A stretch of 43,029 nt of DNA from a virus (IMGVR_UViG_3300020438_000079:1-43029), one strand, 5' to 3'. Positions 16,375-27,700 are shown, counted from the first letter of the stretch. The notes: generated by a model not told the origin, from the letters alone. Program-made: numbers and translations.

Positions 16375-18609
16375 ATGGCAATAGCACCAGTCAATAAGTT
16401 TATATCAATTGCTGTTCCTGTAGCACCAGGATTACAGGAATTGTATGAAGTGCCAACAGGAACTTCTGCTTTGGTATTGTATGCTCAGGTTGCAAATGTG
16501 GGTGTAGGAACATATCCAACAGTAACATTTGTACAAAGAAGAGAATCTAGAAGCACAGGATTAACAAGAGATATTAGAGTTATAAAAGATGTAGAAATTC
16601 CACCTAATGATGGTGTAATTTTAATAGATGGTAGAATGGTTCTAGAAAAGACACCATTAATTGTAGATCGTGTATATATTTCAGCTATACAAAGTGGTGT
16701 ATCTACAATTGTTGATGTTCAATATACCGAACCAACAGGAGTTTGTACTGTGATGACTGAAGGTAATCATGGTTTTTCTGTTGGTGATCAAGTTACAATG
16801 GCTGGAATAGCATTTACTTGTGATAATAATACCTCAGGTATTACCACAACAATATTTCCAGATCCGCAAGCATCATATATTGTAAATACTGTTGCTGATA
16901 GTAAAGTATTTTCTACAAATGTTGGTAGAGCTAATGGTATAATTCATTTTTTCAATGCAGCAAACCATAGATTTATTCGATCTGTAGATAATGCAATTAC
17001 AATAGTATCAAGTAGTGATAAGTATACACCATCAGATGCGACATATACTCCAAAAAATGGAAAATTAAAATTAAATCTTGTTAATAATAGTCTATTTACA
17101 TCGTCAACTTCTCATACTCCTAGTGATATAGAGTACAATGCCCATGTGGGAATATTAACAGTTTATACTGCTACTGCCCATGGATTTTCTAGTGGTAATC
17201 TTATTAAATTTGATGATTATGCATTAACAGTGAAATGTAGTATGGATGGTAAATCTACAAATCATACTTATCCAAGACCCACTGATCCTATGCACAATAA
17301 GTGGCAGTCTATTACTGTAGAAAGCACTACTAAATTTAAGTTAGATGTAGGAGCTTCTCCTACTAGATGGTATAATGCTAGTTTTGCTGAATACGATCCT
17401 ACTGTTGGAATTACTACTATTACTGTTGGATCAAATACATTTAGAGGACCATCAAAGCATACTCCAACTAATGCGGCATATAACCCAACTACGGGTGTAT
17501 TTACTATTACTCTTAATAATCATAGATTTAACAATGGAGATTGGATTAATATTGCTACTGAATCATTAGTAATGAGTTGTAATTATAATGGAGCAAGTGG
17601 CACTGCTGCTCAAAAATCATATCCTAGAACAACTGATTCTGCATATGGTAAGTGGATTCGTATTTCTAATGTTACTACAAACACATTTGAGGTACAAGTC
17701 TTAAATACTACTCCTTCTACAAATACTAATGCTCATACTTTTGTATCTTGGGCAGATAATGCTATAAGTAGAGCAACTTCAACAGTTAAAATAGCAACAG
17801 AATCTCTTAGATTTACTTGTGCTAAAGATAATAATGCTACTAATCATGATTATCCTCGTGCAACTGCTGGTGATGGGTCTCCTGATCCTGCATATAATAC
17901 TTCAGTTCCTATTGTGGCAAGAACAGATACAACAGTTGCTTTAGGTATTGGAACAGCAGATTTTTCAGATGTTGGACTTCATACTTTTGTATCACCAACT
18001 AAGCAGAAACCAACTGCTGCTACTTATAATGCATCAACTGGTGCGATGACTGTTACTATTGCTAGTCATGGATTTGAACTTGGAGATGCAATTAAGATTG
18101 ATAACAATAGTATGACTTTTGAATGTAATTATGGTGGGGGTGGTGAAGAGAATTATCCTAGAGCAACTGACCCTGCTGCTGATACTTGGTTACCTATATC
18201 AAATGTAACTACAAATACTTTTGATGTTAATGTTGGAGGTGCAGGAGCTGCTGCTTCAAATGCCCATACATTTAAAATAGCAACTGCTGGTATTAGTAGA
18301 TCTGTTGTTAGAGCAGGTGGTGATTATGATCATGATTTTGTCAGTGCTGTTAACAACAGTATGAAGAGATCAACTGAAGCTATTACGATTGATAATAGTT
18401 CTTTAATATTTTCTTGTAGTCAAGATGGATTTGGATCTGAACACGCATATCCACGTCCAGGCGATCCTGCATCTGGAGTAAATTTAGGAATTATTGAAGC
18501 AGATCCAAATAGTATAACTGTTAATGTTGGAATATCTACTGCTGGTGGACTTGTTGCTCCACTTCAAATGGAATTTCTTGCAAGTATTCTAGAAAATAGT
18601 AATGCCTAA
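16375..18609 (+). CDS. Virion structural protein carrying nested copies of a beta-rich YPR-DP domain
   Basis: Repeated YxxxxG-start halves and five C-x(8-14)-YPR end halves; TAATATG junction with the upstream gene. Confidence 0.7.
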   Translation: MAIAPVNKFISIAVPVAPGLQELYEVPTGTSALVLYAQVANVGVGTYPTVTFVQRRESRSTGLTRDIRVIKDVEIPPNDGVILIDGRMVLEKTPLIVDRVYISAIQSGVSTIVDVQYTEPTGVCTVMTEGNHGFSVGDQVTMAGIAFTCDNNTSGITTTIFPDPQASYIVNTVADSKVFSTNVGRANGIIHFFNAANHRFIRSVDNAITIVSSSDKYTPSDATYTPKNGKLKLNLVNNSLFTSSTSHTPSDIEYNAHVGILTVYTATAHGFSSGNLIKFDDYALTVKCSMDGKSTNHTYPRPTDPMHNKWQSITVESTTKFKLDVGASPTRWYNASFAEYDPTVGITTITVGSNTFRGPSKHTPTNAAYNPTTGVFTITLNNHRFNNGDWINIATESLVMSCNYNGASGTAAQKSYPRTTDSAYGKWIRISNVTTNTFEVQVLNTTPSTNTNAHTFVSWADNAISRATSTVKIATESLRFTCAKDNNATNHDYPRATAGDGSPDPAYNTSVPIVARTDTTVALGIGTADFSDVGLHTFVSPTKQKPTAATYNASTGAMTVTIASHGFELGDAIKIDNNSMTFECNYGGGGEENYPRATDPAADTWLPISNVTTNTFDVNVGGAGAAASNAHTFKIATAGISRSVVRAGGDYDHDFVSAVNNSMKRSTEAITIDNSSLIFSCSQDGFGSEHAYPRPGDPASGVNLGIIEADPNSITVNVGISTAGGLVAPLQMEFLASILENSNA

Positions 18610-21600
18610 GTATTTAAGTGGAAGGGTTAAGAGAACCCCGCAAAATAAATTAACAGACGATAGATATCAATATCTTGATATAGGTCAAGCAGAACCTAAT
18701 ATTGGTGATCCTCCAACTGCTTCTGGAACTCCTGGTATTCCTGTTGGTCAACAATATCAATTAGTATCTGTTCTTTCAAATCCTGGCGAAAGATATTGGA
18801 TTCCAATTGGTGGTGGTTTAATACCTGGTGCTATTAGCATATATGAAGAAGGATCATTAGTAAGTGGAGTAAGTAGTATAACCCAACTTAATTTTGTTGG
18901 AAACTCTTTAACTGCTGATGCAGCTCCTTATGTGGCAGGTGTTAGTGCAGGTAATATTGCTACAATAACAGCAGCACCTCCTGGTCCTAATTCAAGTGTT
19001 TTATTTAAAGAATCAAATGATTTTGCAACATCTACTGATTTAGTATTTAATAGTGGTATTCTTACCATAGGGAAAGGAGTTAAAATTGGAATTGGTGGAA
19101 CTATTATAACTGCCAATGCTTCAACTGGTTATCCATTAGTTGGTATAAATGAAGCAAATCCAACACAAGAATTAGATGTTAATGGTGATATTAGAATAAG
19201 AGGAACAATATATGATTTTAATAATGAACCTGGAGATCAAGGAGAACTTTTATTAAAAGGTCTTAATGGTCTTGAATGGACAAATCAAAATGCTATTACA
19301 GCAGGTGCTGGTGGAGATATTGGGCAAGTACAATATCATAATACTGCAGGTCTCGTAGATGGTGCAGATATCTTCTATTATGATGCAGTTAATGATAGAG
19401 TTGGTATAGGAAGTACACAACCAGCTCAAGTATTCGATGTATTAGGAGTATCTACTTTTATAGGAGGAGTTACTGTTGATCATTTATATGTTACTGGTAT
19501 TACTACAGCACTTAATTTAATTAATGCTGATGGTGGCATAAAGGCAAACACAGCACAAGTTACTGATTTAACAGAGGATCGTGTTGTTTATGTTGGACCT
19601 AATGGTGAATTAGTTGATAGTAGTAATTTAACGTTTGATGATTATACTTTTGGTGCAAGTGGAATTAATGTTAGTGGATGTACAACTACTAGTCAATTAG
19701 AAGCAACAGGAGTTTCAACCTTAGGTAATATACAACTTAATACTAATACGATTGATACTAAATTAGGTAATTTAAATTTAAATTCTGCTGGTGGTACGGT
19801 ACAAGTAAATGCAAAAATATTTTTAAATAATGTTACACAATCTACCACTAAGAGCACTGGTGCATTAACTATAACTGGTGGTCTTGGTATTATAAAAGAT
19901 GTTAATGTTGGAGGTGCAGTTTCATTTAAGGGAGAACCTACGGGGGTTGCAGTTACTCTTGCGGCTGCTGGTGGTATTACTACTACTGGTGGTGATTTAT
20001 ATGTGGGTGGTGATTTATTCATTAAGGATGATACTGTATTCTCTGATGGAAAATTTGAACAACTTCTTGTAAATCCAGGTATTGCAACATTTAGAGGTGA
20101 TGTAGAATTTTGGAGCAATGCTGATAGTGATAAAATAGCTTATTGGGACAAATCCGCAGATTCATTAAGATTTAATGATGATGCTAGAATAAAATTAGGA
20201 AATTCTGACGACTTACAACTATACCATTCTTCAAACATTAATTATATTATTAATGGGATAAGTGATGGTGAATTAAGAATTGTAAATGGAGTTGGACCTG
20301 CAAATATTGCAAAGTTTATTAATGCTTGTTCTGTTGATTTATACTATGATTCTGCTAATTTTCCTCTTCCCAAATTACAAACTTCTGGTATAGGAGTTAC
20401 TGTTACTGGACAATTAGATGCTGCGACTGCAGATTTAAGTAGTACTCTAACAGTAGGTGGTGCTTCTAATTTAAATGGTGATGTAAATTTAGGTAATGCT
20501 CTTACAGATGATATTGTCTTTGGTGGAAAGGTAGATTCTCATATTCTTCCAAATACATCTGAAACATATGATTTAGGTAGTGGTGCTAATAGATGGGATA
20601 CTGTATATGCTAGAACATTTGATGGATTAGGAACTCTTACAGTTGAAGATTTATATGTAACTGGTATTGCTACCTTTAAAGATGATGTTGAATTCCATGG
20701 AACTGGTGGTGTTGATAGTAAAGGTAATGTAGGTATTAAATCTGCTTTCTGGGATAAATCGGAAATGAGATTTAGATATCTCGACAACATTGAAGCAAGT
20801 TGGGGTGATACTAGAGAATTGCAAATTTATCATTTTGATGATAGTTATATAAAAAATACTAGTGCTACTGGAAATTTATATGTAGATAGTACTAATGAAT
20901 TTTATATAAGAACAGAAGGTGGTGTTGAAAATGCAATAACAGCAAAAACAAATGAAGGAGTTGATTTATATTATGATGGTGGTTTAAGATTATCTACTTA
21001 TGATAAAGGAATTAAATTATCTGCTAATGGTACAGTTGGTGCTGCTGTTAGTATATACGATGGTAATAATAGTAACTATGCTGCGATAAAGTCTCCTAAT
21101 ACATTAACAGCAGATTATACACTTACTCTTCCTCCAAATGATGGTGGACCTGATAATGTATTAAAAACTGATGGAGATGGTATATTAAGTTGGATAGCAC
21201 AAGGAGATCTTACTGCAAAACCAGGTGGTGAGAATACTGAATTTCAATTTAATAATAATGGTTCCTTTGATGGATCAGTTAGTTTTGTTTTTGATGAAAG
21301 TGGTTCATTATCTTATGGTGGTGCTAACAGTGTGCACTTCCTTAGTCTTACAACTGCTGCAGATCCATCAAGAAGTGTAATTTGGCAACCAGGTGCTGGA
21401 CAACTTATTTTAACAAGAGAGACTGAAATAAAGTTGGGAACCGCCAATATGAGTGGACCTTCTAGTATTTACTATACTGATAGTGGAGCTACTTCATATT
21501 GGAAAGCAACAGGAAGTGGTAGTATTGAGTTGAGTGGTGATAATAGTACTGGTACTCATACAATTAAAATAAACCCCAATAGTGCTAAGAGTAGTATTAT

Positions 21601-24600
21601 TGCAACTGCAAATGCAGAAGTATCATTATCGCATGATGGAACCAAGCGTATTGAAACTACGAGTGATGGAATAAAAATTACTGGTGGTATTAGAGATAAA
21701 GATGATCAATTAGGAACAGCAGGTCAAATATTGAGTTCTACTGGGTCTCAATTAGATTGGTTAAATCCTTCTACTATTGGAGCAGAACCAGGTGGATCTG
21801 ATACCCAAGTTCAATATAATAATAATGGTTCCTTTGGTGGAATGGTTAATTTAACTTATATTGATAGTGGAACTGATAGTGGAAATATAAACATTCTTAA
21901 TAGTCTTGGTGCAACTAAAGTTCAGTGGAAAGCAACAGATGATTATGGTGGTGCTAATGGATTAATTGAGTTTAAAGATGATGTAAAATTAAGATTTGGA
22001 AGCAATTCTCAGAACATTGAAATATATCATCAACAATCTGGTAATGCTAATTATTTTGACAATAATGTAAAATTAAATTTTAGAATTAAGGATGAATTAA
22101 ACATTCAAACCACTTCTAGTGCAAATGTTATTAAAGCTGTTGAAGGTGGTTCAGTAACCTTATATTATAATTCATTTGATAAATTAGCAACTACTACCGA
22201 TGGAATAAAAATCACTGGTGGTATTAGAGATAAAGACGATCAATTAGGAACAGCAGGTCAAATATTGAGTTCTACTGGATCACAATTAGATTGGATAAAT
22301 GCAAGTAGTATTGTTGGGGCAGCAGGTGGTGATGATACGGAAATTCAATTTAACAATAATGGTAATCTTGATGGAGCAGATTATTTCACTTATATTGATA
22401 GTGGAAATAGTATTGGTGATGTAAATTTCATTGGTGCTGGTGGAGGAACTACTGATAATGTATATTGGGATCATTCTGGACAATCTTTTACTATCTTAAA
22501 TAGTTGTTATCTTACTATCGGTACTTTAAATGATAGTACCAATGATTGGGGAACTAGACTTTATGGTGATAGTGCTGGTGGTGCTATTTGGACTGCTCAA
22601 CAGGGTGGTGGTAGTATTTCAATAATAGGTAAGAATGCTAATACAAGTCATAATATTACATTAAAACCTAATACTACTAAGGATAGTATTATTGCAACTG
22701 CAAATGCAGAAGTATCATTATGGTATAATAATACAAAACGTCTTGAAACTACTACCGATGGAATAAAAATTACTGGTGGTATTAGAGATAAAGACGATCA
22801 ATTAGGAACAGCAGGTCAAATATTGAGTTCTACTGGGTCTCAATTAGATTGGATTGATCAAACTACTGGTCCAGTTGGTCAAGCAGATCAAGTTAAGACA
22901 ACAAAATCAACTACTAATGCTACTTATTATTTAACTTTTGTTGATAGTAATAATGATCCTGGTGCATATGAAAGTGTTTATACTGCTGCTGGAATAAACT
23001 TTAATCCTAATACTGAAGATCTTAGTGTAGATGGAAGATTATATTTAAATGGTGTTGATAATAATTTTCAAGGATCTATATGGAGTAAAGGTGGAGCTGA
23101 TAAAAAATTTGTTATTGGTAATGATAGTACTGAAGCAGAAACTTATTTAGTAGTAGCAAATTCTAGTAATACTCAAATAGGTATTGCTACTTTTAAGTGT
23201 AGTACTGCAGATGGAGATAAATCATATTTCAGATCAGATGTAAGTGTTCCTGTAAATGAAAGTTATAATTTAGGAGATAGTATTACTCAACGTTGGAATA
23301 ATGTATATGCTAAAACTTATCATGGAGAAGTTTTAAAACTTTATGATTCTGATAAAACTCATAAAATCACTCTTCAAACTCCGGCTACGGCTGATTTAAC
23401 AGCAGATTATACACTTACCCTCCCTCAAAATGATGGTGCGACTAATGAAGTTCTTACAACGGATGGAAATGGAATTTTAAGTTGGACTGCTAAGGGTAGT
23501 GGAGGAACTGGAGGTCTTACTAATATACTTGTTGATTATACTGGTAGAAGTGCACCATGTGATATGCCAATCACAATAAGCACACCATCATCAGGGACAA
23601 AGCAAATTAATATTCCTGATAGTAGTAATGCTTTTGGTGCAAAATATGTTCAAACTTCTGAACCTACTGGAACATCTGTTTGTGATGGTGATATATGGTA
23701 TGATACTACTCCTGGTCCTACTGGTTATGGTGGATCTTTCACAAAGGTTGCAGTTGTAAGAGATCAGAAAAATAAAGGAGTAAATGGTGGAACATTTGCT
23801 CAGGATGCATGGAGAGATAGAGATTTAACCGTAGAGGATGATCCATTTAGTTTTGTAACTCTTTATCCAACTACAAATGGTCAAACAACACCAAGTCCTG
23901 GAAATACACCTGGTTATTTTTCACTACCAGCAGGAAAATATAAGATAACATTTAGTGCAGCTGCACGTAATGTAAACAGTCATCTAGCAGCAATAATATG
24001 GGATTCAGATGTGAATCTTATTGATAAGGTTTATAATTATAGTACTGATGCATCACAATTAGATGGATATTTTTATGGTAGTAGTGCATATAGTCCTTCA
24101 GATGTAACAACATTTTCTAAAGGTTCTGCTATTGTTGACATCGCAGCAACAGCTTACTTTAAGGTTATTCATTATTGTAAAAACGGAGATATTAATACTG
24201 GATTTGGTATTGCTGCTGATATAGGTACTCCTGATAAGGAAACTTATTTGATTATTGAGATAGAAGATTTAAAAACTGCTATTAAAGAACCTACGGGGTC
24301 TGATATTCCAGTTGGTGGTATTATAATGTATTCAGGGACTGATACTGAACTTAATGCATTAACAAATTGGAAACTATGTGATGGTACAACTTATGGATCT
24401 GTTACAACTCCAAATCTAAAAGATAAGTTTGTTATTGGTGCTGATCAGTATAGTTCTGGATGGAAAACAAATGTTACTGGAAGTCTAACCCAAAGTGGTG
24501 GTTCTAAGGATGCTGTAGTGGTGAGTCATACTCATACACAAACTGGTGGAAGCTCACTTGATGATGGTGGTGCACATGTTCCAGGAAGTGCAGTTTCTGT

Positions 24601-24697
24601 TACTAATATGACTAATATTAGTACAACTGGTGTATCAGGAACGAATCAGAACCTACCTCCATATTATGCACTTGCATATATAATGAGAATATCATAG
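18602..24697 (+). CDS. Long tail fibre, 2031 aa, with C-terminal tail-collar domain
   Basis: Fibre motifs QVQYNNNGSF, YDLGSGANRW, YTLTLPPNDG; C-terminal IPVGGIIMYSG...WKLCDG...TPNLKDKFVIGA...HTH...NLPPYYALAYIMR. Confidence 0.85.
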   Translation: MPKYLSGRVKRTPQNKLTDDRYQYLDIGQAEPNIGDPPTASGTPGIPVGQQYQLVSVLSNPGERYWIPIGGGLIPGAISIYEEGSLVSGVSSITQLNFVGNSLTADAAPYVAGVSAGNIATITAAPPGPNSSVLFKESNDFATSTDLVFNSGILTIGKGVKIGIGGTIITANASTGYPLVGINEANPTQELDVNGDIRIRGTIYDFNNEPGDQGELLLKGLNGLEWTNQNAITAGAGGDIGQVQYHNTAGLVDGADIFYYDAVNDRVGIGSTQPAQVFDVLGVSTFIGGVTVDHLYVTGITTALNLINADGGIKANTAQVTDLTEDRVVYVGPNGELVDSSNLTFDDYTFGASGINVSGCTTTSQLEATGVSTLGNIQLNTNTIDTKLGNLNLNSAGGTVQVNAKIFLNNVTQSTTKSTGALTITGGLGIIKDVNVGGAVSFKGEPTGVAVTLAAAGGITTTGGDLYVGGDLFIKDDTVFSDGKFEQLLVNPGIATFRGDVEFWSNADSDKIAYWDKSADSLRFNDDARIKLGNSDDLQLYHSSNINYIINGISDGELRIVNGVGPANIAKFINACSVDLYYDSANFPLPKLQTSGIGVTVTGQLDAATADLSSTLTVGGASNLNGDVNLGNALTDDIVFGGKVDSHILPNTSETYDLGSGANRWDTVYARTFDGLGTLTVEDLYVTGIATFKDDVEFHGTGGVDSKGNVGIKSAFWDKSEMRFRYLDNIEASWGDTRELQIYHFDDSYIKNTSATGNLYVDSTNEFYIRTEGGVENAITAKTNEGVDLYYDGGLRLSTYDKGIKLSANGTVGAAVSIYDGNNSNYAAIKSPNTLTADYTLTLPPNDGGPDNVLKTDGDGILSWIAQGDLTAKPGGENTEFQFNNNGSFDGSVSFVFDESGSLSYGGANSVHFLSLTTAADPSRSVIWQPGAGQLILTRETEIKLGTANMSGPSSIYYTDSGATSYWKATGSGSIELSGDNSTGTHTIKINPNSAKSSIIATANAEVSLSHDGTKRIETTSDGIKITGGIRDKDDQLGTAGQILSSTGSQLDWLNPSTIGAEPGGSDTQVQYNNNGSFGGMVNLTYIDSGTDSGNINILNSLGATKVQWKATDDYGGANGLIEFKDDVKLRFGSNSQNIEIYHQQSGNANYFDNNVKLNFRIKDELNIQTTSSANVIKAVEGGSVTLYYNSFDKLATTTDGIKITGGIRDKDDQLGTAGQILSSTGSQLDWINASSIVGAAGGDDTEIQFNNNGNLDGADYFTYIDSGNSIGDVNFIGAGGGTTDNVYWDHSGQSFTILNSCYLTIGTLNDSTNDWGTRLYGDSAGGAIWTAQQGGGSISIIGKNANTSHNITLKPNTTKDSIIATANAEVSLWYNNTKRLETTTDGIKITGGIRDKDDQLGTAGQILSSTGSQLDWIDQTTGPVGQADQVKTTKSTTNATYYLTFVDSNNDPGAYESVYTAAGINFNPNTEDLSVDGRLYLNGVDNNFQGSIWSKGGADKKFVIGNDSTEAETYLVVANSSNTQIGIATFKCSTADGDKSYFRSDVSVPVNESYNLGDSITQRWNNVYAKTYHGEVLKLYDSDKTHKITLQTPATADLTADYTLTLPQNDGATNEVLTTDGNGILSWTAKGSGGTGGLTNILVDYTGRSAPCDMPITISTPSSGTKQINIPDSSNAFGAKYVQTSEPTGTSVCDGDIWYDTTPGPTGYGGSFTKVAVVRDQKNKGVNGGTFAQDAWRDRDLTVEDDPFSFVTLYPTTNGQTTPSPGNTPGYFSLPAGKYKITFSAAARNVNSHLAAIIWDSDVNLIDKVYNYSTDASQLDGYFYGSSAYSPSDVTTFSKGSAIVDIAATAYFKVIHYCKNGDINTGFGIAADIGTPDKETYLIIEIEDLKTAIKEPTGSDIPVGGIIMYSGTDTELNALTNWKLCDGTTYGSVTTPNLKDKFVIGADQYSSGWKTNVTGSLTQSGGSKDAVVVSHTHTQTGGSSLDDGGAHVPGSAVSVTNMTNISTTGVSGTNQNLPPYYALAYIMRIS
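21665..22852 (+). repeat. Three near-identical 96-nt direct repeats (21665-21760, 22199-22294, 22757-22852)
   Basis: Each encodes DGIKITGGIRDKDDQLGTAGQILSSTGSQLDW with only a few synonymous differences; copies 1 and 3 also share a 38-nt identical block (21592-21629, 22684-22721). Confidence 0.95.
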
Positions 24698-24707
24698 AAT
24701 GTTGTTA

Positions 24708-24714
24708 ATAAATA
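24708..24714 (+). promoter_or_regulatory. Late promoter ATAAATA
   Basis: Intergenic, 15 nt upstream of ATG 24730. Confidence 0.7.
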
Positions 24715-24729
24715 GTTAAAAATATAATT

Positions 24730-27700
24730 ATGGCTCTTAAGGTAAGAAAAAATGGTGCGTGGGTAGATATTGCTGATAGTTCTGCAAACACAACTTATAC
24801 ATTACCTACTTTTGGTACTGCTAATGGAAGTAGTGGACTAAGACTCACTGGTAGTGATAGTACAACAGATGATGTAAACATTACTGGTGCCAATGGAATT
24901 ACAGTAGTAGGTAATGCTAGTAATAATACATTAACAATTGATGGTGGAGGAGCAGGAAGTAATACAACATATGATCTTGAAGGTGGTGGAACTGATGGTG
25001 GGTCTTTTGGAACTGGTATAGGAAAAATTATATTAGTTCCTAGTACTGGGACTAATGATGAAGTTTCTATAACTGCTGGAACTAATGTAAAGATTGATAA
25101 TACTGGTACTGGTGGATTTACTATTTCTGCTGCTTCTGGTAGTGGAGGTTCTAGTACGTTCTTAGGACTTACAGATGTTGATCCTACAACTTATACTGGA
25201 CAAGCAGGTAAAATTGTTAAAGTTAATAGTACTCCTGATGGTCTTGAATTTGATGATGAAACAACTTATAGTTTACCATTAACAGGTGCTACTGGGGCAA
25301 GTGGTATAGGTGAAGCCACTTGGACATTAACACCTAGTGGTGGTGGAACATCTGATCCTGTTAAAATAAAAGCAGGTGCCAATATTAGTATAGATGCAAG
25401 TAGTGTAGCGTCAGGAGAGTTTACAATTTCAGCTTCTTCTGGAACTGCTACTATTTCTGATGGTGATTATGGAGATATAACAGTATCAAGTACTGGTTCT
25501 CTTTGGAGAATTGATAATGATGTAATAGAAGAAAAACATATTAATGCTGGTGGTACTGCTGCTGATGATAAAATCTTAGTATATGATTCAACACAAGCTA
25601 CTAAATGGAAATGGACAGATCAAATTGGCACAACATATAGTCAAGAAGCAGGTGCAAGTGGTAATAATGTTCAATTAAAATTAAAGAATAATAATACAGG
25701 TGTTTTTGATAATATTCTTCTAACAAAAGGAGCTGGAATAACATTTGGTTCTGTAACTACCGAAGGATTTACTATTAGTGCCGATCCTCAGGACGGTACA
25801 ACATACACATTACCTACTTTTGGTACTACTAATGCTGCTAGTGGAATTAAATTAACTCCAGATGGTGGTGCTGCATCTACAACACAGACAATAAACATTA
25901 CTGGTACTAATGGAATTTCAGTAGTAGGTAATGCTAGTAATAATACATTAACAATTGATGGTCAAAATGCAGGAAGTAATACAACTTATAGTCAAGAAGC
26001 AGGTGCAGATGGTGCTAATGTTAAATTGAGACTAAAAGATGATACAACAAGCACTTTTGATGATATTCTTCTAACAAAAGGATTTGGAATAACATTTAGT
26101 TCTGTAACTGCTGAAGGATTCACAATTTCTGCTGATACTCAGGACGGTACATTATATACTCTCCCTATTTTTGGTAATGCGAATGGAAGTAGTGGAATTA
26201 AATTAACTCCAGATGGTGGTACTGCATCTGCATCACAGACAGTAAACATTAATGGTACTAATGGAATTACAGTAATAGGTAGTGGTACTGATACATTAAC
26301 AATTGATGGTCAAAATGCAGGAAGTAATACAACTTATGAATTACCTTTAACAGGAACTTCGAGTAATCCTGCTGGTAGTACTGGTAATGGGGAAGCCATT
26401 TGGACTTTGACTGATAATGCAAGTCCTGCTAATGAAGATCCTGTTAAAATAAAAGCAGGTACTAATATATCAATAAGCGTAGATAGTGGCAATTCAGAAT
26501 TTACTATTAGTGCTTCTTCTGGAACTGCTACTATTGCAGATGGTACTTATGGGGATATTGAAGTTGGAAGTAGTGGTTCTGATTGGCAAATAAGACCAGA
26601 TACAGTTGGTATATCTGAATTATCAGCTACAGGAACATCTATTACTACGAAGTTTTTAAGAGGAGATAATACTTGGGCAGCACCAACCAGTGTAACTTAT
26701 GATTTAACAGCCGAAGATGGGGATAATGTTACCAGTGAAAAAATAAGATTAACTGGTGGTGGTGATGAAGATAACGTAGTTATTGCCGTTACTGGTAATC
26801 TTGCGATATCTCGTTCTTCTAATACAATAACACTTAATGGTACAGGAGCAGGAAGTAATACAACATATGATCTTAAAGCATTAGATCCTGGAGTGCAATT
26901 AGAAGATAATAGTGGTAATAAGGATAATATTAATTTCGTTGGTTCGGGTGGTATTTCAATATCTAGAACTACTCTTAATGCTGATGGTACTGGTACAATA
27001 ACATTTAATGGTTCAGGAGCAGGAACTAATACAACCTATCAACTTGAAGGTGGTGGAACTGATCCTACAAATTCTTTTGGAACTGGTACGGGTACTATAA
27101 ATTTAAAAACTGGTGGTTCTATACAAGACACTGTTACAATAACTGCTGGAGCCAATATTAAAATTAAGAAGACTGGTACTAACTTTAATAGTGGATTTAC
27201 AATTGATGCAGCTGAAGTTGGTTCAGATGCATTTAAATTTAAAAATACTGGAACTGGAACTGGAACGGGTTCATCTAATAATGCAGTATTTCAATTATAC
27301 TTGGTGGGTACGAGTGGCGATGCTGACCAAAGGATTACAATAACACCAGGATCTGGAATTAAGTTTAGTGGTCAAGGTACTCAAACATTGACAATTGAAG
27401 GAGAAGCTCAAGCTGCTGGTACTATTGATGTATCTGCTCCAACGTCTCAATCAGGACCATTATTATTTGTTACTGGAACTGGAACTAATAAAACTGTTTA
27501 TGGTGATACTGCATTAACTTGGAATGCTAGTACAGACACTCTTAATATTGGAGCTAATGCTAGTGATAAGGTAGCAATAAATGCTGATGTTAGTACTCAC
27601 ATTTATCCTTCAGCAAATGAATCATTTGATATTGGTGAAAGTCCTACTAATCGATGGAGAAAGTTATATGTAAAGGAAATAGCAGCTGATATTATTGGAG

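Noticed and set aside
21592-22852. 96-nt repeats as a diversity-generating retroelement TR/VR pair or invertible cassette
   Set aside because: All copies are in frame, in direct orientation and mid-gene. Differences are synonymous and not adenine-specific. No reverse transcriptase or invertase gene is in the window.
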